Shown: piece after piece, positions 30,917 to 40,624 of the stretch
Layout of the letters: every line of letters starts with the position of its first letter
How positions within the stretch are numbered: the stretch's first letter is position 1
Assembly (NCBI GenBank): GCA_049967475.1
Contig: JBMFSQ010000005.1
Coordinates: forward strand, 23,172 to 87,171
DNA from: Chthonomonadales bacterium
GTDB lineage: Bacteria; Armatimonadota; Chthonomonadetes; Chthonomonadales; CAJBBX01
DNA: 64,000 nt
Direction: 5' to 3'
Translations under genes and position numbers: made by a program
The notes under the pieces: model-generated
Told to the model about the DNA's origin: nothing
The model's database searches: none
Seen by the model: the letters and a program-made list of their open reading frames with translations, nothing else

Positions 30917-31128
30917 TACTCATCTCCCAACTTCGCGGTAATGAAGATCCCGGCGAATGCACCGGCCTCAATCCATCCGTAGAAGTCAAAACCCACATCG
31001 GCCAAACCTTCTCGAACCTAAACGCAGCACCCTAGCGAGGTTGATTTCCTGTGCGTGCCGAGGTTGTTGCGCCAAGCTCCCTACGCGCATTCTGTTCGAT
31101 ATCCCCGGACGTGCCGGCGAGCTCCAGC

Positions 31129-32157
31129 TCAGAAGTTGAACTCGTCCACATTCTCCTTGGTGATGGTGAGCGTAGGCATTAGGACGACGCCATCCTTCAC
31201 ACTGATCTTACCGATGCCCGGGTATTCAGCGCCATCCTTGGGCGGTTTGCCGTCCAGATAATCGTTCACCAACCGCGCGGCAAGATAGGTGAGTTTTGCA
31301 GGATCCCAGAGCATCAAGCCAGACACTGCACCGGATTTCAAGTATTGCCGAGTTTCACTGGGCAGCGCCAGACCCCACACCTTCACCTTGCCGATCTTTC
31401 CGAGCTGAGTGATCGCCTGGCCCACGGCAGGTGCGCTCGGTGAATTGGCACAGGCGAACCCAACAATATCCGGATCCTTTTGGAATGCCTGGATCGCCAT
31501 AGAACGGGCCTTTACGTTGTCATCATCATTGTAGATGTAGGGCTTTACGAGGGTGATGCCCGGGTACTTGCTGAAGCCTTCCTCGAACCCTTGAACATGG
31601 AGATTGAGGTTCGCTGCGCCTCTTCCGCCGCTAACAATCTGTACCTTGCCGTGGCCACCGATGTCCTTGGCGAGGCGGTCCGCAATATCGCGCCCAATCT
31701 GAACGTCATCGGCTGCCGCCACATAGAAAATGCGCCCGGAATCCGGAGCGTCGGAGTCCCACGTAAAGACTTTTACGCCGGCATCCATCGCTTGCTTAAT
31801 CACAGGAACGATGGCCTTTGCATCGTTGGGCGACACGACGATGGCATCCACTTTGTCGGCGATGAGTTGCTGAATAATCTCAATCTGCTTACCCACCTCG
31901 GCTTTCTCCGGCGCCATGTATTCAACGCTTACGCCGGGAAGCTCTTGGGCGGCCTGCTTGGCACCCCGCCGGCACGCCTCTCCGTACAGCAGGCCATCTA
32001 CCTTAAAAACGAAGACGATGCGGCGCGGCTTATGTTCCCCAGCGGCTCCGCCCGCGGAACCCGCCCGCCCAGCCGGAGCTGTGGATGAGCTCTTCCCACA
32101 CCCTATCGCCAGCATCGCTCCCAGCACCATCAATCCCGCTCGACATGCCAACCGCAT
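31129..32157 (-). CDS. Sugar ABC transporter substrate-binding lipoprotein (LsrB/RhaS-like)
   Basis: Lipobox LAIGC; VFTWDSDA, LWDPAKLTY, ITKENVDEFNF. Confidence 0.88.
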   Translation of the reverse strand: MRLACRAGLMVLGAMLAIGCGKSSSTAPAGRAGSAGGAAGEHKPRRIVFVFKVDGLLYGEACRRGAKQAAQELPGVSVEYMAPEKAEVGKQIEIIQQLIADKVDAIVVSPNDAKAIVPVIKQAMDAGVKVFTWDSDAPDSGRIFYVAAADDVQIGRDIADRLAKDIGGHGKVQIVSGGRGAANLNLHVQGFEEGFSKYPGITLVKPYIYNDDDNVKARSMAIQAFQKDPDIVGFACANSPSAPAVGQAITQLGKIGKVKVWGLALPSETRQYLKSGAVSGLMLWDPAKLTYLAARLVNDYLDGKPPKDGAEYPGIGKISVKDGVVLMPTLTITKENVDEFNF

Positions 32158-32234
32158 CTGTCTACCCTCCCAGGTCCTGCTCGTGCTCTTGCGGGTGCTC
32201 CATCAACCGAGGCCACCGCTACGGCCCTGTTCCA

Positions 32235-33206
32235 TTATACGGATGCAGCCCTATTCCGGCGCGTCCTCCACCGATCCACTTCCACAGCCGCCAGCAGCAC
32301 CATGCCAAGCACCAATTCTTCCCAGATGCCGGCCTTGCCGTAATCACGCACACCGTTGGCTACGACCCCAATGGTGAGGACCCCCAGAATGGTTCCAATG
32401 ATTGTAGCACGCCCGCCGGCTACCGAGGTGCCCCCAACAACCACGGCCGTAATGGCCCGCATCTCAAAGAATCGGCCGGCATCAGGGATTGCCGTAGCGC
32501 CCCTCGCTGTAACCACAATTGCCGAGAGGCCGGCGAGAAGGCCGCTGACGACGTACGTCATCAGCTCGGTACGGCGCACTGCCAGCCCACTGAGGCGCGA
32601 TGCCTCGCGGTTTCCGCCCAGCGCCTTCACCGCGCGCCCGAACGTACTGAACCGCACGATGGCCCCCACGGTTACCAGGGCGGCAGCGGCGATCCACGCC
32701 GGCGTCGGAATACCGAGCCAACTCCCGTACCCGATAGCTATAATGGCATCCGGCAAACCGGAGATGCTTGCACCGTTGCTCAGTACGTAAGCGGCACCCC
32801 GAGCTGCAGAATAGGAAGCGAGCGTCGCGATGATGGGGGGCAATCCAAATCCTGCCACTAAAGCGCCGTTGATGAAGCCGCAAAGGGCACCTACAGCCAG
32901 CCCGGCGCCGCACGCGAGCCAAACGTTCCACCCCATGTTGACGCAGAGCATGCCGATGACGATGCCGCATAGGCCCACCACCGAACCCACGGAGATGTCA
33001 ATCCCCCCGGTGGCGATTACGAGCGTCATGCCGGCGGCTACGATGCCGATTTCCGCACTGCTCCCAAGAACAGCAGCCAGGTTCCCTGGGGATCGGAAGT
33101 CCGGGAAGCGCCACCCCAGCCACAGGGCCAGCACAACGAGCACCACAGCCACACCGGTCTCCACCGGCAAAGACATGCGCCTGCGTTCTGCCGGAAGGAT
33201 GCTCAC
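32235..33206 (-). CDS. Sugar ABC transporter permease (RbsC/CUT2 family); start 33206 or 33176
   Basis: TGGIDISVG, ALGGNREASRLSG, ITAVVVGGTS. Confidence 0.9.
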   Translation of the reverse strand: MSILPAERRRMSLPVETGVAVVLVVLALWLGWRFPDFRSPGNLAAVLGSSAEIGIVAAGMTLVIATGGIDISVGSVVGLCGIVIGMLCVNMGWNVWLACGAGLAVGALCGFINGALVAGFGLPPIIATLASYSAARGAAYVLSNGASISGLPDAIIAIGYGSWLGIPTPAWIAAAALVTVGAIVRFSTFGRAVKALGGNREASRLSGLAVRRTELMTYVVSGLLAGLSAIVVTARGATAIPDAGRFFEMRAITAVVVGGTSVAGGRATIIGTILGVLTIGVVANGVRDYGKAGIWEELVLGMVLLAAVEVDRWRTRRNRAASV

Positions 33207-34177
33207 GCCAGCGCCTCCCGACGCATGCGGCGTATCTGTTCTCCCATGGCGGCAGCCAGGATCACCCCACCCGTTACGAGCCCGTATCGCTCCGTCGGCA
33301 CGCCGGAAAGAAACAGGGCATTGCGGAGTACCACAATAATCAGGGCTCCCAACGCCGCGCCGATTACACTCCCCATACCACCCGTTAGGCGTACACCCCC
33401 AATCACCACGGCGGCAATCACTTCCAGTTCCCATCCTTCGGCCAGGTTCCACTGGGCGTTGTTGGCTGCCGCCGACATGATTAGGCCGGAAATGGCCGCG
33501 CACAAACCCGAGAGCATATACACGCGCCGCAAAACCGCATCTACCGGTACACCCGAAAGCCGTACGGCTTCATCGCTGCCGCCGATGGCTACCACGCGCC
33601 TCCCGAAGCGCATCCGCGCCAATACTGCGGCGAAAACCGCCACAACCGCCACGAAGACACCGAAGGGCACGAAGCCTCCGCCTAACATACGGAAGCTTTG
33701 GGGTAGTTGGTTGAATGGCTCCGCCCGCGTTTCGATGTTCGTTACGGCCCGGTAGATGAGGAGGGTGGAGAGCGTGCTGAGGATCGGCGGAAGACGCCGG
33801 TAGGTAATCAGCGCGCCATTAATCCAACCACAGGCTGCGCCCGCCGCGAGCCCAACGGCGCCGGCCGCGGCAACGGGCCACCCAGCCATCATCAGGGAGC
33901 CGGCAGCACATGCCGAAAGAGCCAGGATCGCGCCAACAGATAGGTCAATCCCTCCTGTGAGAATGACCAGAGCCTCGCCGCACGCCATGATGCCGATGAG
34001 GGCGCCTTCCTGCCCTACCTGGGCGAGGTTCGCATACGTATGGAACGATGCCCGCGTCCCAGCAATCCACGCAACTACCAGTGCCAGCATTGCCGCTGCA
34101 GGCAATTCGCGTATGGCGCCGAGTTTGCCCAGCAGGCTTCCACGAGCATCAGTATTCAGTGGGCCACCGGAACTCAC
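33203..34177 (-). CDS. Sugar ABC transporter permease (RbsC/CUT2 family)
   Basis: TGGIDLSVG, WELEVIAAVVIGG. Confidence 0.9.
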   Translation of the reverse strand: MSSGGPLNTDARGSLLGKLGAIRELPAAAMLALVVAWIAGTRASFHTYANLAQVGQEGALIGIMACGEALVILTGGIDLSVGAILALSACAAGSLMMAGWPVAAAGAVGLAAGAACGWINGALITYRRLPPILSTLSTLLIYRAVTNIETRAEPFNQLPQSFRMLGGGFVPFGVFVAVVAVFAAVLARMRFGRRVVAIGGSDEAVRLSGVPVDAVLRRVYMLSGLCAAISGLIMSAAANNAQWNLAEGWELEVIAAVVIGGVRLTGGMGSVIGAALGALIIVVLRNALFLSGVPTERYGLVTGGVILAAAMGEQIRRMRREALA

Positions 34178-34241
34178 GTTGGTAACTTCACCCTCAAGAA
34201 CCCGTCTGAGGTCCGCTCACAGCGTCGCGAGCCCCTTCCTG

Positions 34242-35339
34242 CTAACGGCTCACGCGCCCGGATTGAATGCCGCCAGCCAGGGCTTCCACTTCGGCACGTG
34301 TCACGTAGTTGAAGTCTCCTGGGACGGAGTGCTTGAGGCAAGACGCCGCAACGGCGAAGCTCAGAGCGGTGTGCGCATCCGCCAGCTCCGGAGTGTTGAG
34401 CGCGAAAATCAATCCGGCTGCGAAGGCATCTCCCGCTCCCACACGATCTACGATGTTGCGGATCGCGTAGGGCTCGTATCGGCCCTCGGCATTCACGGGA
34501 GCCAACCAGTGCTTCTCCGCTGCGGCATCATAGAGCAATCCACCCCAATTGTTATGGGACGCCGAGATGCTCTGACGAAGCGTAATCGCTACACGACGTA
34601 CGTTGGGAAAGGCCTGGGTAATCTGCCTCGCCACCGACGCATACGCCTCCGCCTCGATGCGCCCCGAGGACACATCCGCTCCTTGTGCCCGGATACCAAG
34701 GACCAACTCCGCATCCTCTTCATTTGCGAACACAAGATCTGTGAGCGGCAAGATGGCTTCCATCGTACGCCGAGCAAGTTCCTGGGGCGGCGTGCCGGGT
34801 TCCCAATTCCACAGTTTCTTGCGGAAATTCAGGTCGCAGGACACGGGGACGCCCGCATCCTTGGCCGCCCTCACAGCCGCCGCAGTGGCATCGGCAGCAT
34901 TGCGCGAGAGCGCCGGGGTAATGCCCGTTACATGGAACCAGTCCGCGCGTGCAAGGATCTTGCCCCATGCGTAATCCGAGGCTGGGGTCTGCATCAATGC
35001 CGAGCCTTCCCTGTCGTACACCACACTTCCCCCGCGCTGATTTGCACCGGTCTCCAAGAAGTAGAGCCCCAGCCGGCCGGTAGAAGTCCGCACGATTGCA
35101 CTCGTGTCTATTCCCAACCCGCGAAGCGTCTTCACACAGGCGTCGGCGATAGGGTTCCGAGGAAGAGCCGTCACCAAACAGGCATCCCCGCCCCAAAGCG
35201 CGATGGAAGCTGCCACGTTGGCTTCGGCTCCAGCAAACGTAATCTCAACCTGGCCCGGCAATGCCTGCATCCAACGCTGGAAGCCGGGCGAAGCGACACG
35301 CCCCATTACCTCTCCGAAGGCCACAACGCGCACAGCCAA
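34242..35339 (-). CDS. PfkB family sugar kinase, 2-keto-3-deoxygluconate kinase-like
   Basis: FGEVMGR, GAEANVA, DLNFRKKLW, DRVGAGDAFAAG. Confidence 0.88.
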   Translation of the reverse strand: MAVRVVAFGEVMGRVASPGFQRWMQALPGQVEITFAGAEANVAASIALWGGDACLVTALPRNPIADACVKTLRGLGIDTSAIVRTSTGRLGLYFLETGANQRGGSVVYDREGSALMQTPASDYAWGKILARADWFHVTGITPALSRNAADATAAAVRAAKDAGVPVSCDLNFRKKLWNWEPGTPPQELARRTMEAILPLTDLVFANEEDAELVLGIRAQGADVSSGRIEAEAYASVARQITQAFPNVRRVAITLRQSISASHNNWGGLLYDAAAEKHWLAPVNAEGRYEPYAIRNIVDRVGAGDAFAAGLIFALNTPELADAHTALSFAVAASCLKHSVPGDFNYVTRAEVEALAGGIQSGRVSR

Positions 35340-35387
35340 CCCCCTCCTTCAACAACAGCCGCGCCTCCGGCGAACCAGCCGCCATCG

Positions 35388-35867
35388 TCAACCCAAAGCG
35401 CGCACCGCCTCAAGCACCTTGGCGGCGTGCCCCGACACGCTCACCTTGGCAAACACACGACGCACAATCCCGTCCCGGTCAATCACAAAGGTGGTGCGCT
35501 CGACACCCATATAGGTGCGCCCCATAAAGGATTTCTGCTTCCAAACACCGTATGCATCCGCTACGGCGTGGTCTACGTCACACAGAAGCAGGAACGGGAT
35601 CTCGTGCTTCTGGGCAAAGCGCGCTTGTTTCTTCACGTCATCGGGACTAACGCCCAACACTTCGGCGCCCGCGGATTGAAATTGCCCATACAGGTCGCGG
35701 AAGTCTTTTGCCTCTACGGTACAGCCCGGGGTCTCAGCCTTTGGGTAGAAGTAGAGTACAACGATGCGGTTGCCCCGGTAGCTGCTGAGAACGACCGGCT
35801 TCCCATTATGGGCAACCAGGGTAAAATCCGGCGCCAGGGAGCCTTCTGTAGGCGGCGCGCTATCCAT
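35388..35867 (-). CDS. bcp: Thioredoxin-dependent thiol peroxidase BCP
   Basis: YFYPKAETPGCTVEA, GVERTTFVID. Confidence 0.92.
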   Translation of the reverse strand: MDSAPPTEGSLAPDFTLVAHNGKPVVLSSYRGNRIVVLYFYPKAETPGCTVEAKDFRDLYGQFQSAGAEVLGVSPDDVKKQARFAQKHEIPFLLLCDVDHAVADAYGVWKQKSFMGRTYMGVERTTFVIDRDGIVRRVFAKVSVSGHAAKVLEAVRALG

Positions 35868-35898
35868 GTGTCGTGTCCTCCCGATATGCGCGTATCGG

Positions 35899-36639
35899 CT
35901 AGAGAGTGAACTCGCGGTCCGACAGTCCCACGTTGACGCGAATGTCCTTGTATTCGGTAATGCCCGCAATGACGCGATCCGTATTCTGCACTTCGATGCG
36001 GGTAGGAAACCAGATGCCCGGAGCCACCTCTTTTACATCCTTGTAATAGTAGATCGCTTGAAGTTTGCCTGTTTGACTGTACGCCTCACGCTTGCGGACC
36101 ACCTTTGTGCGAGGATCTATGTACACCATCTGGTGGCTCGTGTCGTCCCGATCCTTATATTGGAGGCGGAAGACAGCACACGGTGTTCCATCCACGCTGC
36201 CCTCCCGAACAAACTGCCCCTCGGTGTAGGTGAGGTAGTACTCCGAAATGAGACCCACATCCATGAGGGACTTGCGCTTCCCCGGGGCATTGCCGAAATC
36301 TCGTCGCGTTTGGAGGTGGATCTTGGGGATGGCCACCCACTGGATGGGGCCATTGACGATATAGAGGCCCTTGGCCCCATCTAAGGATCCCTCGATGCGC
36401 ACCTTGTTGGGCTCCTTGTAGCTCATGGTGACTTCGTGGAAGCGGTACAGGAAGCCGGCATCCCTGCTGATCTTACCCAGTTCGCGTTGGTCGGCTTTCA
36501 CTACCACCATCTTGGCTGTGAAGTCGTCCAGCTTCTCACACACGTAGTGCCGGATATTCGTGTCTATGGCTTTTGCGGATTGGGCCGCGAAGATGGTTGC
36601 CAATGCCATTGCCGCCGCCCAAGTGCCGTGTCTGTGCAT
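35899..36639 (-). CDS. LolA-like / outer-membrane lipoprotein-sorting protein
   Basis: Signal peptide, YKEPNKVRIE, GIWFPTRIEV, VNVGLSDREF. Confidence 0.75.
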   Translation of the reverse strand: MHRHGTWAAAMALATIFAAQSAKAIDTNIRHYVCEKLDDFTAKMVVVKADQRELGKISRDAGFLYRFHEVTMSYKEPNKVRIEGSLDGAKGLYIVNGPIQWVAIPKIHLQTRRDFGNAPGKRKSLMDVGLISEYYLTYTEGQFVREGSVDGTPCAVFRLQYKDRDDTSHQMVYIDPRTKVVRKREAYSQTGKLQAIYYYKDVKEVAPGIWFPTRIEVQNTDRVIAGITEYKDIRVNVGLSDREFTL

Positions 36640-36836
36640 CTGTAGTTACCTTCCCGATTGAAGCGGATCTTCCCGCGGCGCCGACATGTGGGCTTCCTGC
36701 CGCAGGGGTCGGGCGATGCCCGATATCATTGTAGACGATCACAGGCGGGTTTCGGTGCGAGACCTTAGGAGGAGCGCATCGAGGAAGCACAATAAAGCGG
36801 CCGGCACATGTGCCGGCCGCTTCTCCGCGCCTTTGG

Positions 36837-37352
36837 CTACTGTGACCTAAACGGGCAGTAAGGGTTCGGGCCGGTGCCGTTTCGAGGACCCATCCCCCGC
36901 CCGCCGCGCGGCCCCTTCGGGCCGGTGCCATCGCAAACGCCGTACGGGGCGGGAATGCCCATGCCGCGAATCAATGCCTCGTTCTTCTGCGTCACCGACT
37001 GAAGTTCTGCTTGCAGATTGAGGATCTTCTGCTGTTGGGCAGCAATCTCCTTGGCCGGAGCCTTGCGCGCCTGCATCGCCCACAGATCGGCCCTCGCAGA
37101 CCGCAGCGCGTTGTGCAGTTCGGTTACGCGCGCCACCAGCGCTTTTTCCTCGGCCGTGCGAGGCGTCACGCGCGTCCACCAACCGCCTCCAGCGAAGGCC
37201 ATACCGTTACCGGCACGCAGGCAGGCGCCTCTACCCGCACCTGGGCCGAAGCCGCCCATGCGGCCACGCCCCTGAGCCCACACCGCTCCGAATGTGCTCG
37301 CTGCCAGCGCCCCTATGCCCACCAGGGTCATTACCCAACGTGCTGTTCTCAT
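36837..37352 (-). CDS. Exported Gly-rich coiled-coil protein (Spy/CpxP/ZraP-like)
   Basis: AAGGAG RBS, signal peptide, central coiled coil, Cys/Gly-rich tails (CDGTGP...NGTGPNPYCP). Confidence 0.6.
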   Translation of the reverse strand: MRTARWVMTLVGIGALAASTFGAVWAQGRGRMGGFGPGAGRGACLRAGNGMAFAGGGWWTRVTPRTAEEKALVARVTELHNALRSARADLWAMQARKAPAKEIAAQQQKILNLQAELQSVTQKNEALIRGMGIPAPYGVCDGTGPKGPRGGRGMGPRNGTGPNPYCPFRSQ

Positions 37353-37398
37353 CGCCATCTCCTTCCGCTCCTCGTCGGAGCACCTGGTATGTTGCTTC

Positions 37399-37432
37399 AC
37401 TTTCAGGACGACGCAGCCGGCCTGGCGTTCCC
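37399..37432 (-). promoter_or_regulatory. ECF sigma-type promoter with boxes identical to 23427-23460
   Basis: GGGAAC-N16-CGTCCTGAAAGT on the minus strand. Confidence 0.75.
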
Positions 37433-37459
37433 GGTTGGCGGTTCACTCTTTGCACCTGC

Positions 37460-37798
37460 TCAGTGCGTGCAGGCGTTCTCTCCCGGTTGAAGCCGCCCTT
37501 CGGCAAAACTCAGAGCCAATTGCTCCGGAGTTCCTACCGACACGCCGGCGATTACGGTAACTCCGTAATCTTCCAGGAGCACCCGCGCCCGCGACCCGAT
37601 CCCCCCGGTAATGAGCACGTCCGCCCCTAGCTCGTGAAGCATCCTGGGCAGGAGGCCCGGCTCATGGGGCGGCGTCTTCACCATCTGCACACCCGATATC
37701 GCTTTGATTTCGGGGTCCACGTCTACCACAGCCAGCGCCTCACAATGACCAAAATGCTGGCATACACGACCGCTCACTGTCGGCACTACGATCCTCAT
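37460..37798 (-). CDS. NifB/NifX family FeMo-cofactor-binding-fold protein
   Basis: CQHFGHC, PHEPGLLP, ITGGIG, ENACTH. Confidence 0.88.
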   Translation of the reverse strand: MRIVVPTVSGRVCQHFGHCEALAVVDVDPEIKAISGVQMVKTPPHEPGLLPRMLHELGADVLITGGIGSRARVLLEDYGVTVIAGVSVGTPEQLALSFAEGRLQPGENACTH

Positions 37799-37869
37799 TT
37801 CGTTCCCCTTTCGATCCTTCGTCGCTGCTTCATTTCTCCTTCTGCGTCGAAAACGGACGCAGGGTCCGT

Positions 37870-38751
37870 TTAGTTCGGTAATCCCAGTATCCTCTGCTCC
37901 ACGTTCTGCCAAACCCGCTCGACTGCCCTAGAAGCGCCGCCGTCATATTCCACGATGCTTCTGCCCTCAATCTGAGCGCGCGTGAACAGAGGGTCGTAGG
38001 GCACGCGGCCCAACACATCCAAGCCGCCCGCCGCAGCCCAGCGCTCGATTTGGTCTGCCACCGCCATATTGAGATCCGCCTCGTTTACTACAACGCCGGC
38101 AGGGATCCCCATCTGGCCTACGACGGCGGCAATGCGCTCGAGGTCATGCACGCCGGACACCGTGGGCTCGGCGATTAGGACGGCATAGGCAGATCCAGTC
38201 ACGGCCGATATGGCAGGGCAACCTACGCCGGGCGGGCCGTCGGTGATGAGAAGTTCAAGGCCTTCATCCTCTGCGGCTTCCCGACCATGGCGGCGAAGGA
38301 GTTCCACCAGGCGGCCTGAATTCTCGGCTCCCGCCCTGAGCCGGGCGTGAAAGAATGGCCCAAACCGCGTCTTCGACCGGAACCACACGCCGTTCTCCAC
38401 CTCCCGCATCGAAACGGCGCCTGCCGGGCAAAACCGCGCACAGACCCTGCATCCTTCACACGCAAAGGGATCCACTTGGGGGATGAAGCGGTCGTTTGGC
38501 CGGATAGCCCCAAAACGGCAGAGTTCCATGCAGAGTCCGCATTGCCCACAGCGGTGCGGATCTACCACGGCGACGCTGCTCTCCGCAAAGGCAACGGTTT
38601 CCTGGACCTCCGGCGCCAACACAAGGTGCAGATCCGCAGCATCCACGTCACAGTCGGTGATGGCGCACCGCCCGGCCAGGTTTACGAAGGCCGCGGCGAA
38701 GGAAGTCTTGCCCGTGCCGCCTTTGCCGCTGAGAACTACAAGTTCCTTCAT
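37870..38751 (-). CDS. MinD/CobQ-like P-loop ATPase with inserted 2x[4Fe-4S] domain
   Basis: SGKGGTGKT, DCDVDAADL, CGQCGLC..CRF and CEGCRVC..CP, DGPPGVGC. Confidence 0.9.
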   Translation of the reverse strand: MKELVVLSGKGGTGKTSFAAAFVNLAGRCAITDCDVDAADLHLVLAPEVQETVAFAESSVAVVDPHRCGQCGLCMELCRFGAIRPNDRFIPQVDPFACEGCRVCARFCPAGAVSMREVENGVWFRSKTRFGPFFHARLRAGAENSGRLVELLRRHGREAAEDEGLELLITDGPPGVGCPAISAVTGSAYAVLIAEPTVSGVHDLERIAAVVGQMGIPAGVVVNEADLNMAVADQIERWAAAGGLDVLGRVPYDPLFTRAQIEGRSIVEYDGGASRAVERVWQNVEQRILGLPN

Positions 38752-39602
38752 GAAGCTGCCCCCGATTGGATTTTCGCAGCCAGCGCTTCACACGCCCTTG
38801 CAAACTCGGGAACTACGCTTAGCACATTCCGGCCGCATGAATACGCTTCGGCGATGCGGCGATCGAATGGGATGCGCTCCCAGATGGGAAGGTGGTGCGC
38901 CTCACAGAAACGCTCCACACCGTCGTCTCCTGAGCCGCAGCGGTTCATGATGACTGCTGCCCGCAAGCCAAGGAGCCGTACAAGCTCCGCCGCGATCTCC
39001 AAGTCATTCAGACCGAACGGCGTCGGTTCGGTCACCAATAATACGAGGTCGGCTCCCCGCACAGCAGCCACAACGGAGCAAGAGGCGCCCGGCGGCGCAT
39101 CCACGATCACGAACGGGTGAGAATGAGCCCGCTTTCGCACGGCTTCGATCAGCGGAGGGACCAAACGGGCTCCCAGGGCAAGCCTTCCGTGCACAAACGA
39201 AATGGGCCCCGAGGTTCCCGCTTCCACCACGCCGATTTCACGATCTACCCACGATATGGCGCGTTTGGGACACACAAGCGCACATCCACCGCAGCTATGG
39301 CACAGTTCGTCGAATACCAGCAGCCTGGAACCGGCCACCGCCAGTGCGTTGAATGCGCAGAAGCTGCTGCATTCGCCACAAAGGCTGCAGAGGGAAGCGT
39401 CAATTCTTGGTATGGGCAGCCGAATTGGTTCGCGAACGGAAAGGTCTGGTTTCAGGAAAAGATGGCCGTTGGGCTCTTCCACATCGCAATCTGCGTATTG
39501 CACCGCAGCACTCCGGGACAGCACTCGCGCCAAACTTACACTCAACAGCGTTTTGCCTGTGCCGCCCTTGCCGCTTGCTATTGCCACAATCACTGCCTGC
39601 AA
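38748..39602 (-). CDS. MinD/CobQ-like P-loop ATPase with inserted 2x[4Fe-4S] domain
   Basis: ASGKGGTGKT, DCDVEEPN, CSLCGEC and CHSCGGC, EPTPFGLNDL. Confidence 0.9.
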   Translation of the reverse strand: MQAVIVAIASGKGGTGKTLLSVSLARVLSRSAAVQYADCDVEEPNGHLFLKPDLSVREPIRLPIPRIDASLCSLCGECSSFCAFNALAVAGSRLLVFDELCHSCGGCALVCPKRAISWVDREIGVVEAGTSGPISFVHGRLALGARLVPPLIEAVRKRAHSHPFVIVDAPPGASCSVVAAVRGADLVLLVTEPTPFGLNDLEIAAELVRLLGLRAAVIMNRCGSGDDGVERFCEAHHLPIWERIPFDRRIAEAYSCGRNVLSVVPEFARACEALAAKIQSGAAS

Positions 39603-39714
39603 CCGCCTCCTTCCAATACGCTCCAGCACATCGTTCGCCCGCTTCGGCACGAGGGGTGAGGCGCCGGGCGCGTGCGGAATGCGCCTCCCCCACTCGTGCT
39701 TCACCGAAGGGGTT

Positions 39715-40014
39715 CTATCCCTCCGGCTTCTTGGCCTGGTCCAGACGTTGCCTTACCGCAGCAAGTTGCCGCTCGAGCAACTCGGCCTGCTGTTCCAGCA
39801 AGGCCGTGTCGTCTGTTTGGGCAGTAGGCACCGCCGGTGCGAACCAGCGCCCTGACCGGCGCATCCCCCAACCAAGGCCCAAACCGAGACCAAGCCCAAG
39901 ACCCCGGCCTCGTCCGAACCAGCCCGCAACAGGCTGCTGCCCTGCGCACCGGCCCAGACCTCGACCCGTTAAGGGCCCTTGTCCCATAGGTCCTGTACCA
40001 TCCAGTCGTGGCAT
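39715..40014 (-). CDS. DUF5320 family protein
   Basis: MPRLDGTGPMGQGPLTGRGLGRC, Gly/Arg-rich centre, coiled-coil tail. Confidence 0.88.
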   Translation of the reverse strand: MPRLDGTGPMGQGPLTGRGLGRCAGQQPVAGWFGRGRGLGLGLGLGLGWGMRRSGRWFAPAVPTAQTDDTALLEQQAELLERQLAAVRQRLDQAKKPEG

Positions 40015-40076
40015 TGTTGTGCTCCTTTCTGCCTCCGGCGTGGAGGCTGTGTTCGCTGGTGTGGGAATCCTTAGAT

Positions 40077-40436
40077 CTACCACGGTCCGTCGCGATCCGG
40101 CCCGGATGCCGGCGCGATCTCGCCGCGAAGGAACCGCTGCACGGCTTCCGTCACCGATCCTGTTACCCCCGTGCACACCTTTATCCCGGCTTCAGTCAAA
40201 ACCTGGAATGCGCGCGGGCCGCAGCTTCCTGTCAGCAGCACGGCGGCGCCGGATGCCGCAATCTGCTCCGCAGCCCGCACCCCGGCTCCGTGCGATGCCG
40301 CGCGGCCTTGGGTATTTTCCAGCGCCTGCCATGTAGCTGCATCGGTGTCGTAAACCATGTAGAACGCACCCCGGCCAAAGCGGGGGTCCACAGAAGCCGT
40401 GGCATCAGGGCGAGACGCCGTTACCGCGATCTTCAT
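40077..40436 (-). CDS. NifB/NifX family protein (Orange protein-like)
   Basis: MKIAVTA, DPRFGRG, SHGAGV, LTGSCGPRAF. Confidence 0.9.
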   Translation of the reverse strand: MKIAVTASRPDATASVDPRFGRGAFYMVYDTDAATWQALENTQGRAASHGAGVRAAEQIAASGAAVLLTGSCGPRAFQVLTEAGIKVCTGVTGSVTEAVQRFLRGEIAPASGPDRDGPW

Positions 40437-40453
40437 CAGATGCTCCTTCCAGC

Positions 40454-40501
40454 TAGATGTGTCTTGCATCTATAATGCCACATCTGCCATAATGCTGTCA
40501 A
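40454..40501 (-). promoter_or_regulatory. Promoter and palindromic operator region of the NifX/ATPase operon (possible PadR site)
   Basis: TTGACA on the minus strand (40496-40501); inverted repeats TAGATG-N7-CATCTA (40454-40472) and AGATGTG/CACATCT (40455-40485). Confidence 0.55.
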
Positions 40502-40624
40502 GGGTTCCCGCAAACGGTTTTTTGGGTAACCGGCACGCACCGATACCCCAGCCGAACACCGTGCCGTATCCTTCAACCCGGATCGGCGGGAACAGAGGTT
40601 CGAGGCGCGAAAGGAGCACAAACC

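Noticed and set aside
33957..35909. 650-aa plus-strand ORF
   Set aside because: Antisense shadow of the permease, kinase and bcp genes; no recognisable motifs; long shadow ORFs are expected at high GC.
37460..40436. NifB/NifX-family genes as evidence of nitrogen fixation
   Set aside because: No nifHDK. These small proteins with Fe-S MinD-like ATPases form a widespread non-nif cluster.
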